Shown: piece by piece, positions 11,555 to 24,939 of the stretch | Position numbering within the stretch: the first letter of the stretch is position 1 | Layout: each line of letters begins with the position of its first letter | DNA from: Schizochytrium sp. TIO01 | Taxonomy: Eukaryota > Protista > Bigyra: Labyrinthulomycetes | Assembly (NCBI GenBank): GCA_004764695.1 | Contig: SMSO01000035.1 | Span: forward strand, 2,480,001-2,544,000 | Reading direction: 5' to 3' | Length of the DNA: 64,000 nucleotides | Made by a program: the position numbers and the translations under genes | Notes under the pieces: model-generated | What the model saw: the letters and a program-made list of their open reading frames with translations, nothing else | The model's database searches: none | Told to the model about the DNA's origin: nothing

Positions 11555-12959
11555 TTAGTAATTGGATTGAAAAGTATAGAATTAGTTGAAGTTTGTGGTT
11601 AAAAACTAAACTCTCCGAGAACTTATTCATATGCTCACATGTTGGCAAGTAAGGGCATGAAGTTATGTTTCGAGCTTACGTCAATTACATATACCTTCTT
11701 CGTAAGTTATATTGTTTCCTTATTTTTTATGCATGATATGCTTTTATAAATGCATAGCCATGAGGATGTTCAGAAGGATTGCAGGCCTCCTGTGATTTTA
11801 AGGAGGAATAGACTAGCATATTATGTTCGCTGATATGATGTAAATTCGTGCGCGCAAACTAGAACTCGTATGAATGAGGAGTAGTGCAGACCCCATGCAT
11901 GTAGCCAAGTCTAGAGTGCTCGTATAAACTATAAATTTCAAAATGACTGGGGAAATCAATTTGTCAATACTTTCCTAAGAGACAGTCAAAGAAACTAAAC
12001 ATTTTAGGTTAATGAATTAACAAATTCCGAACCTTAGACATAACTCGCGGAGGTTGCAATTGAGTTACGAATATCTCAAAGTCCAGGCTCTCACGCTCAT
12101 CCTCGATCATCAGCTCTGGTTTCATCTAACTTGAAAGTGCGAAATTTAAACAATTGAATAATTTAATTGCCTGATGTCTGAAATCCATCAACCCCTTAAA
12201 TGTGTCCTATTGCTCCAGGCCTTCCTTAAAATCTCCAAAACTATTCACTGCATTTCGCTTACCTGATCCTCGGGTTGTCAATTTTACCAATAGTATTGAA
12301 CATTCATTTCCATCAGTGTCATGCTGATTTAGACTGTTGAGTAATGAGTACTGCCAATTATTATGCGCCTTCGATTCCTATTACGCATTAAAGAGAATAT
12401 CTTTCCATACTCACGTGAAGGTTTTCATCAATTATGTATAGAAACTGCAAGATAGAAAATTATGCGATTATGTGATCATCTGGGAGTCCTATCTAGGATT
12501 GACCCATATCAAATTTATTTGTACTCGATGTTGACGCGTCCAGATCATCTACGTACATTAATAGAAGATTGAACAAGCCTAAATAAGATTTTAATGAGTT
12601 TCCCCCTTTTAATCTACATAGCAGAAATGTAACTGTCGACTATATAGAATCGTTTGTTGGTTCATTTCAACAGCAAAGGTAAGTCTTATAACCGAAATAT
12701 AGAAGTACATCTGACTTTAAAGTTGAAATAATATATAGAGTTACATCAATCTCAACAAATTTTCTGATATTGATCTCACTTCCGTGTCAAATTTATGTTG
12801 AGGTCAACTATAGATAAATTACATCTGGCAAGATAATGGAGATACCCCAGAAGCCTTCTGAAGGCTTTTTACTGCTCTTTTTTAATTGAATTGGTGTGTT
12901 GGCAAGCTGCCTTGGTGTTCTAATACCCCTCCCCATTTGGTTTTATTTTTGTAACTCAG

Positions 12960-13517
12960 TGACCTAAGCAGCTTTAAAGTTTTGCAGTACTGGGTTCGTA
13001 TGGACTGTTAATGCAACTTTTCAAAACTTGAACACGATCGACAACTGATTTATGCAGAGATTCAGCCATAGATAAACAATAGCCTTATGATATATCCAAA
13101 ATCCATCATTTTCATGCTTAGTAGCAAACTCTACAACGAAGGACTGACTGGGTATAAGCCACGTCAGGGTGAAGCCGAAAGGTATATATAACTTTGCAGT
13201 ATTGAAAGGGAGATTTTTCACATACTGTAAAAATTCACCTCCTCAGAAATTAAACTCAGCAACACATCTGTTTAATTCGAGTGACCTTGTTTTTATTTGA
13301 TCAAATGATGCCATTGCTTGATAGAACGTTATAAATAGTTCTCATGATGAATAGCACTCTTAACTGTGGACTCTCCATAATTATATTCTTTGAGTACACA
13401 AGGTGGCCAATTTTCACAACAGCATTGTGCTAAAGTGAACCCATGCGCTGGATAAGCTGTCTGATTTATTTTGTTAGACCCGCAAGTGATTACTATAGTG
13501 TAGAAAACTTGCAACAC
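12960..13517 (-). pseudogene. Possible decayed protein-kinase-like gene
   Basis: Broken minus-strand fragments PCVLKEY...IHHENYL, KLYIPF, GFWIYHKAIVYL and NPVLQNF fall in the order of kinase subdomains II-III, V, VI and VII. Many stops and frameshifts. Confidence 0.25.
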
Positions 13518-14414
13518 CTGTAACCACTTGTTTAAACCCTATCTAGCTGAAGTGGTGTATGCTACTTATAATCAGCTCACATGCAAACTTGGAAATGCGA
13601 ACCAAACATTAGAAAAAAGCACATATATGCATTACTCGTTGAATATAAGAGAGTGTAAGGGAGTTTAATCACAGACTAATCGTTCAACCCTGCCATAGAA
13701 AAACCCGCCCGATACTCTTTTCTGATAAGATTAGATCAAAACGCAGCATAGGTACTCACTCTATTATCGTGTAGAGAATATCTTCAAAGTCCATGCAAGG
13801 TTGCTGTACTCATTTATAAAATAAGAAGCAAAAGAAGGTATAGTTTAAGATCCGATCTTCACAATTTTTAAAAACAAGCTTATGCATTAAAGATCATGCA
13901 AACAGTCACAACATAAATTGATGCTTACGAATCCTGTAATTTTTTAATATGCTTTTTTATAGGCTTTACATATTCCACTAAAACTAGCTTTTCCTCTGCA
14001 ACTCAAATTTGTCCTACACATTGGGCATATCAACATGGCAGGATAACACAAAGTGGGCATACACAGCTGTGTTTATCGTCGTTAGAAACGCAAAGTCATC
14101 TTTTACATTAGACAAACATGCTCATTAGTTGCGTATTCTTTACATAACGTATTTTCCAGGATATATGATATTCTGATACACATAATTTAACGTATCAGAC
14201 AGAGGTGCACAATGCATCATTTTTTCTATCTACAAATGCCTAAGCGAAGTCATGTACACAAAACCCTGACAAGCTTGCACATTGATTCACTGCTTTTCAT
14301 AAGTATGAGGGCAAACTTTGAGAAAGCGAAAATAGTTGATACTTGGATATATGCACGATCCAGTTACCTTGGATAAGAATCTTCGAAGAGAAGCAGGAGT
14401 CAAACATTGCTGAG

Positions 14415-15455
14415 GTCTCTAACCCATATAACTAGTGGACAAGAAATTGCCCGAAAGCTTGACGTCCCTTCGTAAAGACCTCATAGACATTGGGCTTATA
14501 TTAAAGCAGATCTAGACAACCGGACTTACGTAGTTGCTGAAGACAAGAACCAAAAGTCTGAATAAATATTACCTAGAACAAAGTATGATACAGCTTGAAT
14601 TATTATTGAAGAGGCTGAATTAATGTAACCCTGTCAAGTACATTCAACACAGTTCAAGAATGCCTTAGCCTCCTAATTGTTACATGAATCAGTCTACCCT
14701 GCAAGACAGCAGTTCGCTAACTCTTTAAATCTTATTAAATCCTTCATCAAGTCTCTTGCCTTCATCTCTACGGTCAACCTCCAGCTGACCAGATGCATCT
14801 TTCAGCAAACATGAAGACGTGGGAGAGTTTAATATGGCCGCATATTCAGGTCAAGACTGTGTAAGGATCCATGATGATTACTTCTGAACATGGCTAGCTT
14901 CACCTTGCATTTATCCATAAGTAAATCATGAGAAGCCATTGTCTAGCCTTGATAGTCATCACTGAAAACGTTTTCATTTGCTGAGGCATCTCTTATTTAA
15001 GAATTGTCAAACACTTTGCTGAGTTGCATCTACACTTTCCTTCAATTGTTAATTTCAGAGAACTGCAAGGCGGAAGAGTGAGAATTCTTGATGCTAAATA
15101 GGACATCCCTACACTCAAGTATTCAGTAAAAGTATAAAGGTAGGTTTGCTTAATTTTATGAATGTCTGCATTTGATCAATTAATGATGAGGAACTTGAGC
15201 ACGAGCTGTGATATTGAATAAAACTATCGTTTAGTGTAACTAACATCTCCAACCGAGGATTCTAGTGGACAAGACATTGTCAGGGTACTAGGTATTCCCT
15301 TGTAAGTCCTCTCGGATTTAAAACTATAATAGGAATGAAAATAGACAACCATATTTGCAAGGTTGTAAAGCCAAGACAGACAAGAATCGAAAGTGTACAT
15401 ATGCGTTGGTTAGATAGAGTCAAGTATGATGGAATCTAAATTGATTGTTGAAGAT
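14415..15455 (+). repeat. Two diverged ~200-bp direct repeats (about 14415-14610 and 15246-15455), likely decayed coding repeats
   Basis: Shared blocks CTAGTGGACAAGA, TAGACAACC, AGACAAGAA and AAGTATGAT in the same order, about 830 bp apart. They translate as TSGQEIARKLDVP and SSGQDIVRVLGIP. Confidence 0.6.
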
Positions 15456-15710
15456 ACCAGTTAGTCGAACTCCTTCACTTGTGTCTAACATAGATAAAGA
15501 ATGTCTTAGTCGCCTAACTATGACACGAATTAATCTGCCTCGAAATTTCATGTCAAGGGCAGCCAGCAGATTACTAACTCTTTTAACCATAGACTGCCAA
15601 GCCTTCTTCAAGCCTCTCGCCTTCATATATATAGTTAATTTTTAGCAAAGCAGAGTGAAACCAGCAGATGTTGAACAACAGCAGCATTGATCCCGAAAAA
15701 AGCAAAATAG

Positions 15711-16115
15711 TTACGCTGAATAAAACAAATTATCAGCTTTGTGAATATTTAACCAAGCGTTTGAAACCATGAAAAACTTAAATTCTTCTAACACGCATGG
15801 GCGGAACAATCGGCAGCAAAAAATACAATAAACTATCCATTTAGATTGGCTCACCTCTGAAGGCCCTTCAATTACGATAAAAATTGTCGATTTTAAACAT
15901 TCAAATTGTGCAAATCCCTTTGAAAATCTCCCTGGTAGGCTAGAAGTTTGAAGCAGATTCAAGGATACTCTCAAAAGTAATCGTTGATACAGGGAAAACG
16001 AAACTCTTTGCGTTTCTTCATCGACAATTTTCATTGTGGAATAGTTTGTAAATAGAGCAATTAGGCCGCTCATCCTATACAGTTTTGGATTCGTGACAGT
16101 AGTTTCATAGTTCAT
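15711..16115 (-). CDS. Hypothetical 134-aa ORF or pseudogene fragment
   Basis: ATG-initiated ORF in AT-rich DNA; no recognisable motif. Confidence 0.2.
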   Translation of the reverse strand: MNYETTVTNPKLYRMSGLIALFTNYSTMKIVDEETQRVSFSLYQRLLLRVSLNLLQTSSLPGRFSKGFAQFECLKSTIFIVIEGPSEVSQSKWIVYCIFCCRLFRPCVLEEFKFFMVSNAWLNIHKADNLFYSA

Positions 16116-16458
16116 TCTACCGAAAATAATTCTATGCTTTGCTTTTGTGTGGATATTGGGGAAAGACTGATGAGGCGAATTGCTCTTACGTACGTTATCA
16201 GACCAAATCTCATTGAGAGCACTGATTTCCCCAGTCGAAGAAACTATGAACTGGAAAGAATAAGGGGCTTGGAAATATATTCAAAAGCCACAAAGTAAGT
16301 TTGATGGTTGCTTAATACTTAACATTACTTATTTCAGCTCTCTTTTCCCTCAATATCAGTTTTCTAAAGTATAATAACTAGAGCCCATTATTATATAATT
16401 TCAAAGACATACTATTACGCCATATTCGATTTCACATAGTATTACAATTTATGCAGCA

Positions 16459-18159
16459 TCAGCAAGCACAACCGTTCTCATGATGACTATTTTTGTGCTC
16501 TTTCATTTCTAGGTTGCTTGATTTTAGATCACGCCAGCTCGAAAAAACACCATGCTGCATAAAAGCAGTAAGTGATTGTTCATGAGAACTACTCGCAACA
16601 CCCCGCTTCAATGACTGATATTTTTCTACGAACGGTAAATCGCTTTCTTTAGCATCACCATCATGAGATTGGTTAATATTGGTAAGAAAATCCGATGACG
16701 GAATCCCTTGTAAAGAGAGTATTTTAGCTTGGACCTGACGATATAAGTCAAAAATTGAATGCTTGCAAGTGAGAGGTCTTGGTTGAGGTTTGGCTTTGCC
16801 AATGAGCTTCTGTTTTTTGCTTTGTTTTGTTCCATGTGCTTCGCCACGTGCTTGAACAATGATTTGTGCTAGGCCCGACTGCTTCTGGCCATTTGCTAAG
16901 GTCAAGGGTGCTGCGCGAGCGTTTGTCAAAGAGTCAACATCAAGAAAGGATGGTGCCCGGATCCATTGCAAAGCAAGCCCTGCTGCTGGAGGCGGTCCTT
17001 GCGGCTTTTTACGCTTATTACATTCAGAATTTGAGGCTGGCAACTGTGACTTTTCAGAAGCCTCACGGGTATAAGCTTCAGCAGATGATCTCGACCTCGG
17101 AAAATGAAGATCACATATGGCAACTGTCCAATCTTGTGCTCCAAATAAGTTTGAATCATTCCCCTCACTCACTTGTGGGTCTTCCTGAGACTTATCAGGT
17201 GCTGTCTCCAGCAAACGCTCGTGAGTTGCACGCCAGCAAGCTTCAAGGGCATCAAGAGCTTCAGCACTTTCTGAATTGATTTGCTGACCAGCGTTTGCTT
17301 CGTTGGTGTGGATAGTGCTTCGTAGAGCGAGGACGCGGCCGGTTGCCTCATTTGTTTCGGCAGATGCACTCTCGTTTTGGCTAGATAAGCAATCAGAGCT
17401 TAAAACAAGGCCTTGAAGCAGGACTTTACCCTCAATAACACTGGAGAGCAAGGCCGTTTGTAATCCTACAACCCTCCAGCGAGCAATTTTGTCACTACAA
17501 GACATTGACAATGATCGGTCCCCTGGGTGGAGGTTGCTTCGGCCGCTTTTGCTTCGTAGCTGTCCTATCGCTTGATCTCCCTCACGGAGCTCTCGGTCTG
17601 CCACCAGCTTGGCTCCAGAGAAACGATCTGCGACAACTGATCCGTCTCCACAAGGTAGCTCCGAGACGAAGAGATAAATGGACATATCTGGACGAAACTT
17701 TAAGGATTTCTTGTTAAGGCTTTCAGTATGAGCTTCTGAGTTGATGTCATGGGAATAGGTACTGTGACCATGGTTTTCCACAAGCTCCTCTTCTATTAGC
17801 AGTGCGTCATCGTCACATACTTGATGTTCTGAATGCCTTGCCAAAGCTTCTTGCAAAATCAACCACGAGAGTCCCCTACGAGCAAGAACTTCTGCATGAC
17901 AGTCATTAATCACAAGTCCTTCAGGTGACATTTTCCGAGGTCCCAGGCACTTGCTTCCTGTTGCCAAAGAAATCACGCTTGCACTCAAGGTCGAAGCACC
18001 TGTCGCAGTCTTTTGGTCCCGCACAGCCACTAGTGCAGCCATGATCGTCCATTCCGAAGCTTGAGCCACCTGCCACTTGCGCTCGAGACCATCGTAGGCC
18101 GCCAGAGCCGCCTTGGCCACCTCCTGAGATACTTCGTTGACCCCCTTGGCACTAGTCAT
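16459..18159 (-). CDS. ADAT1: tRNA-specific adenosine deaminase (ADAT1/Tad1, A_deamin family)
   Basis: SLATGSKC, NDCHAEVLARRGL, PCGDGS and SMSCSDKIARW motifs. No dsRBD, so ADAT1 rather than ADAR. Confidence 0.9.
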   Translation of the reverse strand: MTSAKGVNEVSQEVAKAALAAYDGLERKWQVAQASEWTIMAALVAVRDQKTATGASTLSASVISLATGSKCLGPRKMSPEGLVINDCHAEVLARRGLSWLILQEALARHSEHQVCDDDALLIEEELVENHGHSTYSHDINSEAHTESLNKKSLKFRPDMSIYLFVSELPCGDGSVVADRFSGAKLVADRELREGDQAIGQLRSKSGRSNLHPGDRSLSMSCSDKIARWRVVGLQTALLSSVIEGKVLLQGLVLSSDCLSSQNESASAETNEATGRVLALRSTIHTNEANAGQQINSESAEALDALEACWRATHERLLETAPDKSQEDPQVSEGNDSNLFGAQDWTVAICDLHFPRSRSSAEAYTREASEKSQLPASNSECNKRKKPQGPPPAAGLALQWIRAPSFLDVDSLTNARAAPLTLANGQKQSGLAQIIVQARGEAHGTKQSKKQKLIGKAKPQPRPLTCKHSIFDLYRQVQAKILSLQGIPSSDFLTNINQSHDGDAKESDLPFVEKYQSLKRGVASSSHEQSLTAFMQHGVFSSWRDLKSSNLEMKEHKNSHHENGCAC

Positions 18160-21100
18160 CCTCGAGAGGCCGCAAGATTGCCTATAGAGGTGTCATTGCT
18201 CGGGGTACAATGCCTTCTTTTTCCATCCAATACATACAATAAATGTAATGCATTTTTTTAGTGGCCATTGCTTGTTCAACGGAATTGATCAATCCCAGGC
18301 ATGTCCACTCATGATACCTAGATAGTTGTCCAGCGACGGATTTGTCCATGAGATCGCCAGGGCAAGTGGCTTGACCAATTTTTTATGGGTTTGATCGCTC
18401 GAAATAGAGGAGGATTATCCAGTGTCTTCTTCTGTCCTTTGCATTGCATTTCTCTATGCTAGGATACTATTGCGTCTACATCAGGTATGCAGACCACGTT
18501 TGCACTACACCAAGAGGCCAACCGCATACAAGAAGCGACTAATGTGACATGACAAATAGGTTCATGCCTTCTACAACAATATCTACAAGCCCAAACCAAC
18601 CCAAAGCCCGGGATCTGGGTCAGCTATGTTTCTTCCCATTCATCTCCTTCAGGCTCAAACAAACTCGATGCTGATTACTACTTCGTGGCACATCTTGAAA
18701 ATACAATTGCACTAGGTAGGTAGGTAGGTAGGTATATTACTAACCAAGTCTGCATCGTGGATGCTCCTATTGCTGGCACGTGACTCCTTCGTGTCACTTC
18801 TGAATTGGATGGCTGCCTATTCTGCTCCATCGGCTTTAGGGAATGGGAACAACATGGAATTACAATTACATCTGTGGGAATAAGGTAAAGCTCAGTAATG
18901 TAGAACCGCACGTTCCCTGTTGATTGTTTATTTGCTCTCTACCGCTGTGGACTCTGGTGGCGTGTGGTCACTTGTTACAAACAGCACAAAGAGCCAATGA
19001 CTCTTATCATGACGCAGAGCCACTCAGAGTTTATTTAATTTAGAGCCACGCTTCAAGGTGCTGCGCACCACCGAAAAGTTCACAGCTGATGGCCATCCCA
19101 TAACATTGAGGCGTGCGGAACGAAAACGTTTTCAGGAAACACCGAAGGTGTTTTTTCAAGCGGCACAAAGCTCTCTTGAGAAGCTCCTTGGCTCGAATTG
19201 ATGTAAACTGCTGCAAGAAAGGAAACTTGCAAAAACTACTAGTTGGTCAACACTTTCACACGGGGGGCCAAGCTCTATTTGAAAGAGCGTTTCAAGTTTG
19301 CTTGAGGGCAACTTGAAGTATGGATATACATCAACCTAGGTAGTGCACCAACAAACAACCTGGCACACTGATACCTCCAAGGCACCAGGTCTTGCAGAAT
19401 CATAGACGCGCTGTTTGCAACGACAGCTTTGATGTAATCGCTCTGTACATACCCAGGTGGGTATAGTTATCAAGCACATGCAGGCAATGGATCGTTGTGC
19501 TATTGGTTGTAACAGGCGTTCGGGTGCCACAGATGAAAGCGCTGCGGGTGATATCATGAATTCAATACATTGCGATACCTGCGATTCGTCATTTGATGTA
19601 TGTGCCTACCTAGGTAGTACCTACTACTCGGTACCTACGCCACTAAATAATTAATTAATTCTTTGGTTTCCACGAATTGCGAACACAAAGAGCCTTTGAG
19701 GAGACTCAAGCTCATTCATACCATGCGTGGCACCTCGCTTCAGGCCAGGCAATCGTGCGCAAGGCTATCCAAGCGGTTCAGGACGTTTAGGGCGAGGCGT
19801 TGGGAGGGCTTTCAAGACTAGCTTGAAATTAATGGCCATGGAGCGAGCGCAGTTTCATGGATGGCCGAGGGGAATTCTTGAGAATGTAAGTCAGCATCAG
19901 CGCCATGGACACCTGCAGTGGAATTGAGGGAATCATGATGGCATCTCGCCAGTGCAATTGTCGAGGACGATTTGCACGATGTCTTGAAAGTCAGGAAGTT
20001 CCTCTCTTTGGTTGTCAACCGGTTTGTTTCCGCGATCTGGCCATTCCATCTGCTGTGAACTTTGTGAAATTGATCGCAACGCAGATCTTATTCAAGAGCG
20101 TCACTTAGGAGAGGACAGAGGCTGCAACACGACCACCATCGCTGAGGCGGTCTGCAATTGGGACAATAGGGCAGCCTGTGTGGAGTGGTTGGGTGCGCGA
20201 GATGAGTTTGCCAACTCCAAGTCGAATGGCTGTCTTGCATTCATGAATTGGGCATTGGCGCCAGTGCTCTCGTGGTACTTGCAAGTGGCTTGAATTGAAT
20301 GATGAATGAATGAATTGTAATGCAGACAAATTAATATCAATACACCAATGCTCTAAGATGCTGAGCATTCATGCCAAGGCTTCCAAAAGCCGCCTGCCAG
20401 CGTCCTTCAAGGCGAGCTAGAATCAACCAACATCATGATGAGGCGTATGCATGTTTGTTTGCCGAGGAGTGGATTGCATTCCGAGGATGGTTTTCGATTT
20501 CTTTGCAATGAATGATCTGTTGGCTTGAATTTCGTTGTTTTGATCTTCTGATGACGATTGGTTTGGTTGCGTTCTTTATAAGTTTTTAGTAGTTCCTACG
20601 ATCACGAAGTTTTATGTTTATTTCTCTCTTTAATACAACATTTCAAGAGGGGACATTATCGAAAGACTGAATGAGATGCGGGAATGACAAAAGTCTCGGC
20701 GCGTCCGTCCTTAGCTTTGGGGCTGTAAATTAACGTGAGATTAGCGATGGCGTGTGCTGAGTTCTGGAGGAGGGCGGGGTGTCTCCGTACACAAGAATTC
20801 ACTCATTCACGAGGAGTGATTCTTCCTTCAACTCTTTTCCTTGAAGCGCTATCCTTCCTCTCTTCTTCTCTCTCTTTCTTTTTCTCTTCTTTCGAAAGAT
20901 GACAATATACAATCATTGATATCTATTATGAAATAACAAGCGAATGAAACTTTTAATAAAAAAGAGAAATAAAGAAAAAATTGAAATTGAAGTTGTTGGA
21001 GATGGAGATTGCGGATTCTTTCAATCCGTCAATTCCGCTTTTCGTTTTCCTCTACTCTTCCTCCTTTGCCGCCTCTTGACCAAAGAGCGGGCGCTGCGGA

Positions 21101-21459
21101 GAGAGCGAACTCTCTCCGGCTACTTCTTCTAAAGCAGTCGAGTCGGCTAAGAGCAAAACAACCCCTCAATTCGTCGCTTGCAGTAGAGAAGGATTTGGAG
21201 AAGCAGCCTGAAGCTTAAGGGCAGGAGATTCCAACCTTGCTCTTCTGGTCTGCCGGCCCGCTGATCTGCATTGGTCCACTCTGGTCCAAATAAGCTTTGC
21301 GGCGGAGTCGTAGTCTTTTTCGCAAACTCTGCTGCTTGTGAACTGTGAACCCGCTCTGGAGATTTCTCAGGTTTGAGATTTTGCTTAGTAGTTTCACGGT
21401 CGCATTTTCGTGACTGTTTCGTCTTGGCTAACTTCTCAAGGCTTTCACATTTACATATC

Positions 21460-24439
21460 ATGAGCGCCAGGACACCTCTTCTAGACGAGGCTCGCGCCGA
21501 AGACCTTGCTGAAAACATTCGTGGCAGCAGAAATGGGGATGATCAAGATCTTGACATCGACCACTTTGATAAGGTCGGTGGACAGGCTGACCTTGATCAG
21601 AGCATGCCCCCGGTTGGTGCCAGATTTTCCAGTGGAGCTGCCATGTTTGGAGGTCTTTCAACATCACCATCGCTTGGCGCACTTCGACTTCGTCGGCAGA
21701 ATTCGGGATCCTTTTTGCAGCAGCAAATGAGCACCCCTTTGGCACGGAGCCCGTTTGCGCATTACCTAGACTCAACAAAATTGCGGAGGAAACCTGGCCG
21801 GGGTGAGGATCTCTCTGGCAAACCTGGAGGAAACATGGCAGCTGGTACAGGCCGAGCGATGGCCTTCGGTTTCATCAACGGAGCTGTCATGATTCCAACA
21901 ATGGTAGGTTTTGCCTCCATCATCTACAAAGACCCGTTTTACACCGAGACGGAGCACAATTACTTGCCACAAGCCATCAAGCTTACTTTCTTGAGCTCAG
22001 CTATTCACCAGCTGTGCTTCGTCATCTTCAGCACCTTGCCGTTTGCAGTGGGCCAAGTCCAGGACGCAGGACTTATCTTCCTTTCGTCCATGGCTGTTAC
22101 CATTGTTGCCAACATGGGTGAAGGTGCTACGCCCAAGGAGATCATGACTACCACCGTTGTCAGCCTCTCTCTCTGCACAACCGTACTAGGACTCATGCTC
22201 ATCCTCACAGGAAAACTTCGTCTCGCGAGACTCATTCAATACCTCCCACTGCCTGTTGTTGGTGGATATTTGGCATTCATTGGACTATTCTGCGGCCTTA
22301 GTGGTCTCCATCTTACCACCGGTGCTCGCCTTGAGAGCGTTTTGGACCTTCCTAAGCTTGCAACAGGCCATAATATGCGTTTACTTGCACCATGTATCGC
22401 TGCCACCAGTTGGCTGTTCTACATCAATAAGTTCGCCAAGGGTAACAAATTTGCGTTGCCACTGTCACTCGCTGCAATGCCCATTCTCTTTTACATTGTT
22501 CTGCTCTTCTCTGGCCTCAGTCTCTCAGAGGCACGTGAACAGGGCTGGATAGCCATGCCAACTGAGGTGCCGCCATTCTATGAGGTTTTCACACTCTTCG
22601 ACTTTCGCAAGGTTCACTGGGGAGCAGCATTCCCGCGAGTTATCCCCACCTTTTTTGCAATGTTTGCTGTTGTTGCATTCGGATCTTCTCTCGATGTAGC
22701 GGCCATCCAGTTCGAGCTCGGTAAGCCGATGGACTATGACAGCGAATTGGTTACTGTTGGTATCTCGAATACTATCAGTGGTCTCACAGGTGGCTACACT
22801 GGCTCGTACATCTTTAGTCAGACTATTTTCACCTTACGTAACGGCATCCAACGCCGTATTTGTGGTATTGTTGTTGCTGCAGTCGAACTCGCATTGTTTT
22901 TACTGCCCATCGATCTTCTTAGCTTGCTTCCCCGCTTTTTCTTTGGATCTGTCCTTCTTTTTGTCTCCGTGGACTTGCTTTTGGAGTGGCTGGTACATTC
23001 ATACCATAATGTGGAGGTCCGCGAATATGTCCTTGTGTGGATTACATTTATTGCCATCAATATTTGGGGTCTAGAGCTCGGTATGACCATTGGCGTGATC
23101 TTCTCTTCGCTCCTTTTTGTGTATTCATACAGTCGCTCGAGCCGCCTTGAGTTCGTACCCAACCCTAGCAGCCACGCTGTGCGTAGTTACCACGACCGTA
23201 AGATCTTGGCTCGTTACAGCCCCCGCATTGCTGCTCTTCGCGTCCTTGGTTACCAATTCTTTGGCAACGTGATTGGTACAATTCTGAAAGTCCAAATGCA
23301 TGTTATCATCCGTAAGCCAGTGATTGCTGATCCACGTAGGCAAATCCAGTCAGACCAGGCACGTGCTTTGGACCTTGCTGTGGCTCAGCAGCGCGCCCAG
23401 CGTCTTCAGGATTCTCTTAATGACAACTCTGCGCACAACTCGCCGTTCTCCTCGCACTCGCCTTCCTCTGTTGATAGTCGCCAGACTCGGCGTAACGCTG
23501 GAGCCGGAGCTAGTTCCTACGCTACAGGAGCTCCGAAGGAAGGTCGCGGTAAGACTCGTACCTTGAGCGAGAGTGGCACTGACCCTGGCGCTCCCCGGGC
23601 AAGCAACTTAACTGCCAGCAATACCAATTCTAAGGGCGAACTTCAACGCCTCTACACGCCCTTGCCGAATACTCGTCTCACGGAGCCCCTTCCGCCAATG
23701 CCGGATGTGGACACACGGTATGTAATTCTGGATATGACGAATACTGCCGGCGTCGATGCCACGTCTGCACGCGCATGCTTCCTGACAATTCTCCAAAGTC
23801 TCAACAATCATGATGTTCAGCTCGTCTTTGCAGGCTTGTCGCCGCAAATTCAAGCAGTGCTTCGTAGGAACGGTGTCCTTGCACCTTTGCGGAATAGCGG
23901 AGGTAGTGGAAGCAGCGAATCTGGTGGTAGTGTCGACCCATTTGATGGTAGTGAGGACATTAGTATTGAAGATGTTGACGATGGAGCTTTTGCTATGGCT
24001 TTCCCTACTTTTGATGATGCCGTGCAGTACTGTGAGGAACGCATTCTTGGAGCTGTGGTGCAAAAGCGCAAAGAAAAACAAGATGACTTCTTCTCATCCA
24101 AGGTCTTGCGCGAAGTTCGTCAAAAGTATTTTAAGAAAATGCGATACCAACTTGGTACTCCTCTCTTGCAAAAGGGTAAACGTGCAGACTGCCTCTTTAT
24201 CATTGATTCTGGACGTGTTGCGAGGAAGGACATGGAGCGCTTTCTACTCTGGTGGTTCTATTGTTGGAATGGACGATTTCTTCATGCGCCAAAATTACTC
24301 TTACAGTGCTCAGGTTGTGGGGTCAGAGCCTGTGGTGGCTCAGACGTTAGAACGGGCTGATTTCGATCGTATGACCAAGGAAGATCCCGAGATGGCCCTT
24401 GCTCTGCAAGACGCACTGATTCGTGCTATGATCCGCTAG
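21460..24439 (+). CDS. SulP/SLC26 anion transporter with STAS and C-terminal cNMP-binding-like domain; +1 frameshift at ~24241
   Basis: Multi-TM core (GQVQDAG, YLPLPVVGGYLAFIG, ELVTVGISN). STAS (GYQFFG...YVILDM..GVDATS). The cNMP-like domain starts LLQKGKRADCLFIIDSGRV and continues in the +1 frame (FYSGGSIVGMDDFF...LERADFDRMTKEDPEMALAL) to TAG at 24439. First ATG at 21460 (MSARTPLL). Confidence 0.88.
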
Positions 24440-24939
24440 TTCTTTGGTGTTAGAATCTTTAGACTCGTCTTTCAAAATGTGTGATGTCCCCGTCGCGTCT
24501 AAGAGGCAGACAAAAGTTTTGATTGTTGCGGAGCCTTCGGCACGACCATTCTTCTTCAAACATGAGTTGTGCCAATCTTTATCATGTATGAAATAGCTGC
24601 AAGTAAAATCAAACAAACATCACATCTCAAGTCTTACCACGTTTTAAAGTCTCTCTACTATTTGTTGAATGTTATCGCTATCACTTGTGTATTCCTGTCC
24701 CGTTACTTTTTTTCAAAAGGATTGGACTACTATGATATACAGAATTTTTGACTGATGAACATAGAAATTCATCTTCAAAAACAATATTGGTGCACTATCC
24801 TGACCGTAAACACCCCGGGGAATGACAATCTGCAGAGGTGGCGGCAGGACACCAGGGCAATATTGTCAAGTTAGAAAAAAAAAGAAGAGGTAGTTTAAAG
24901 AAAGTGGTGACATCTGCAGACTGGAAAAGTTTATCCTTG

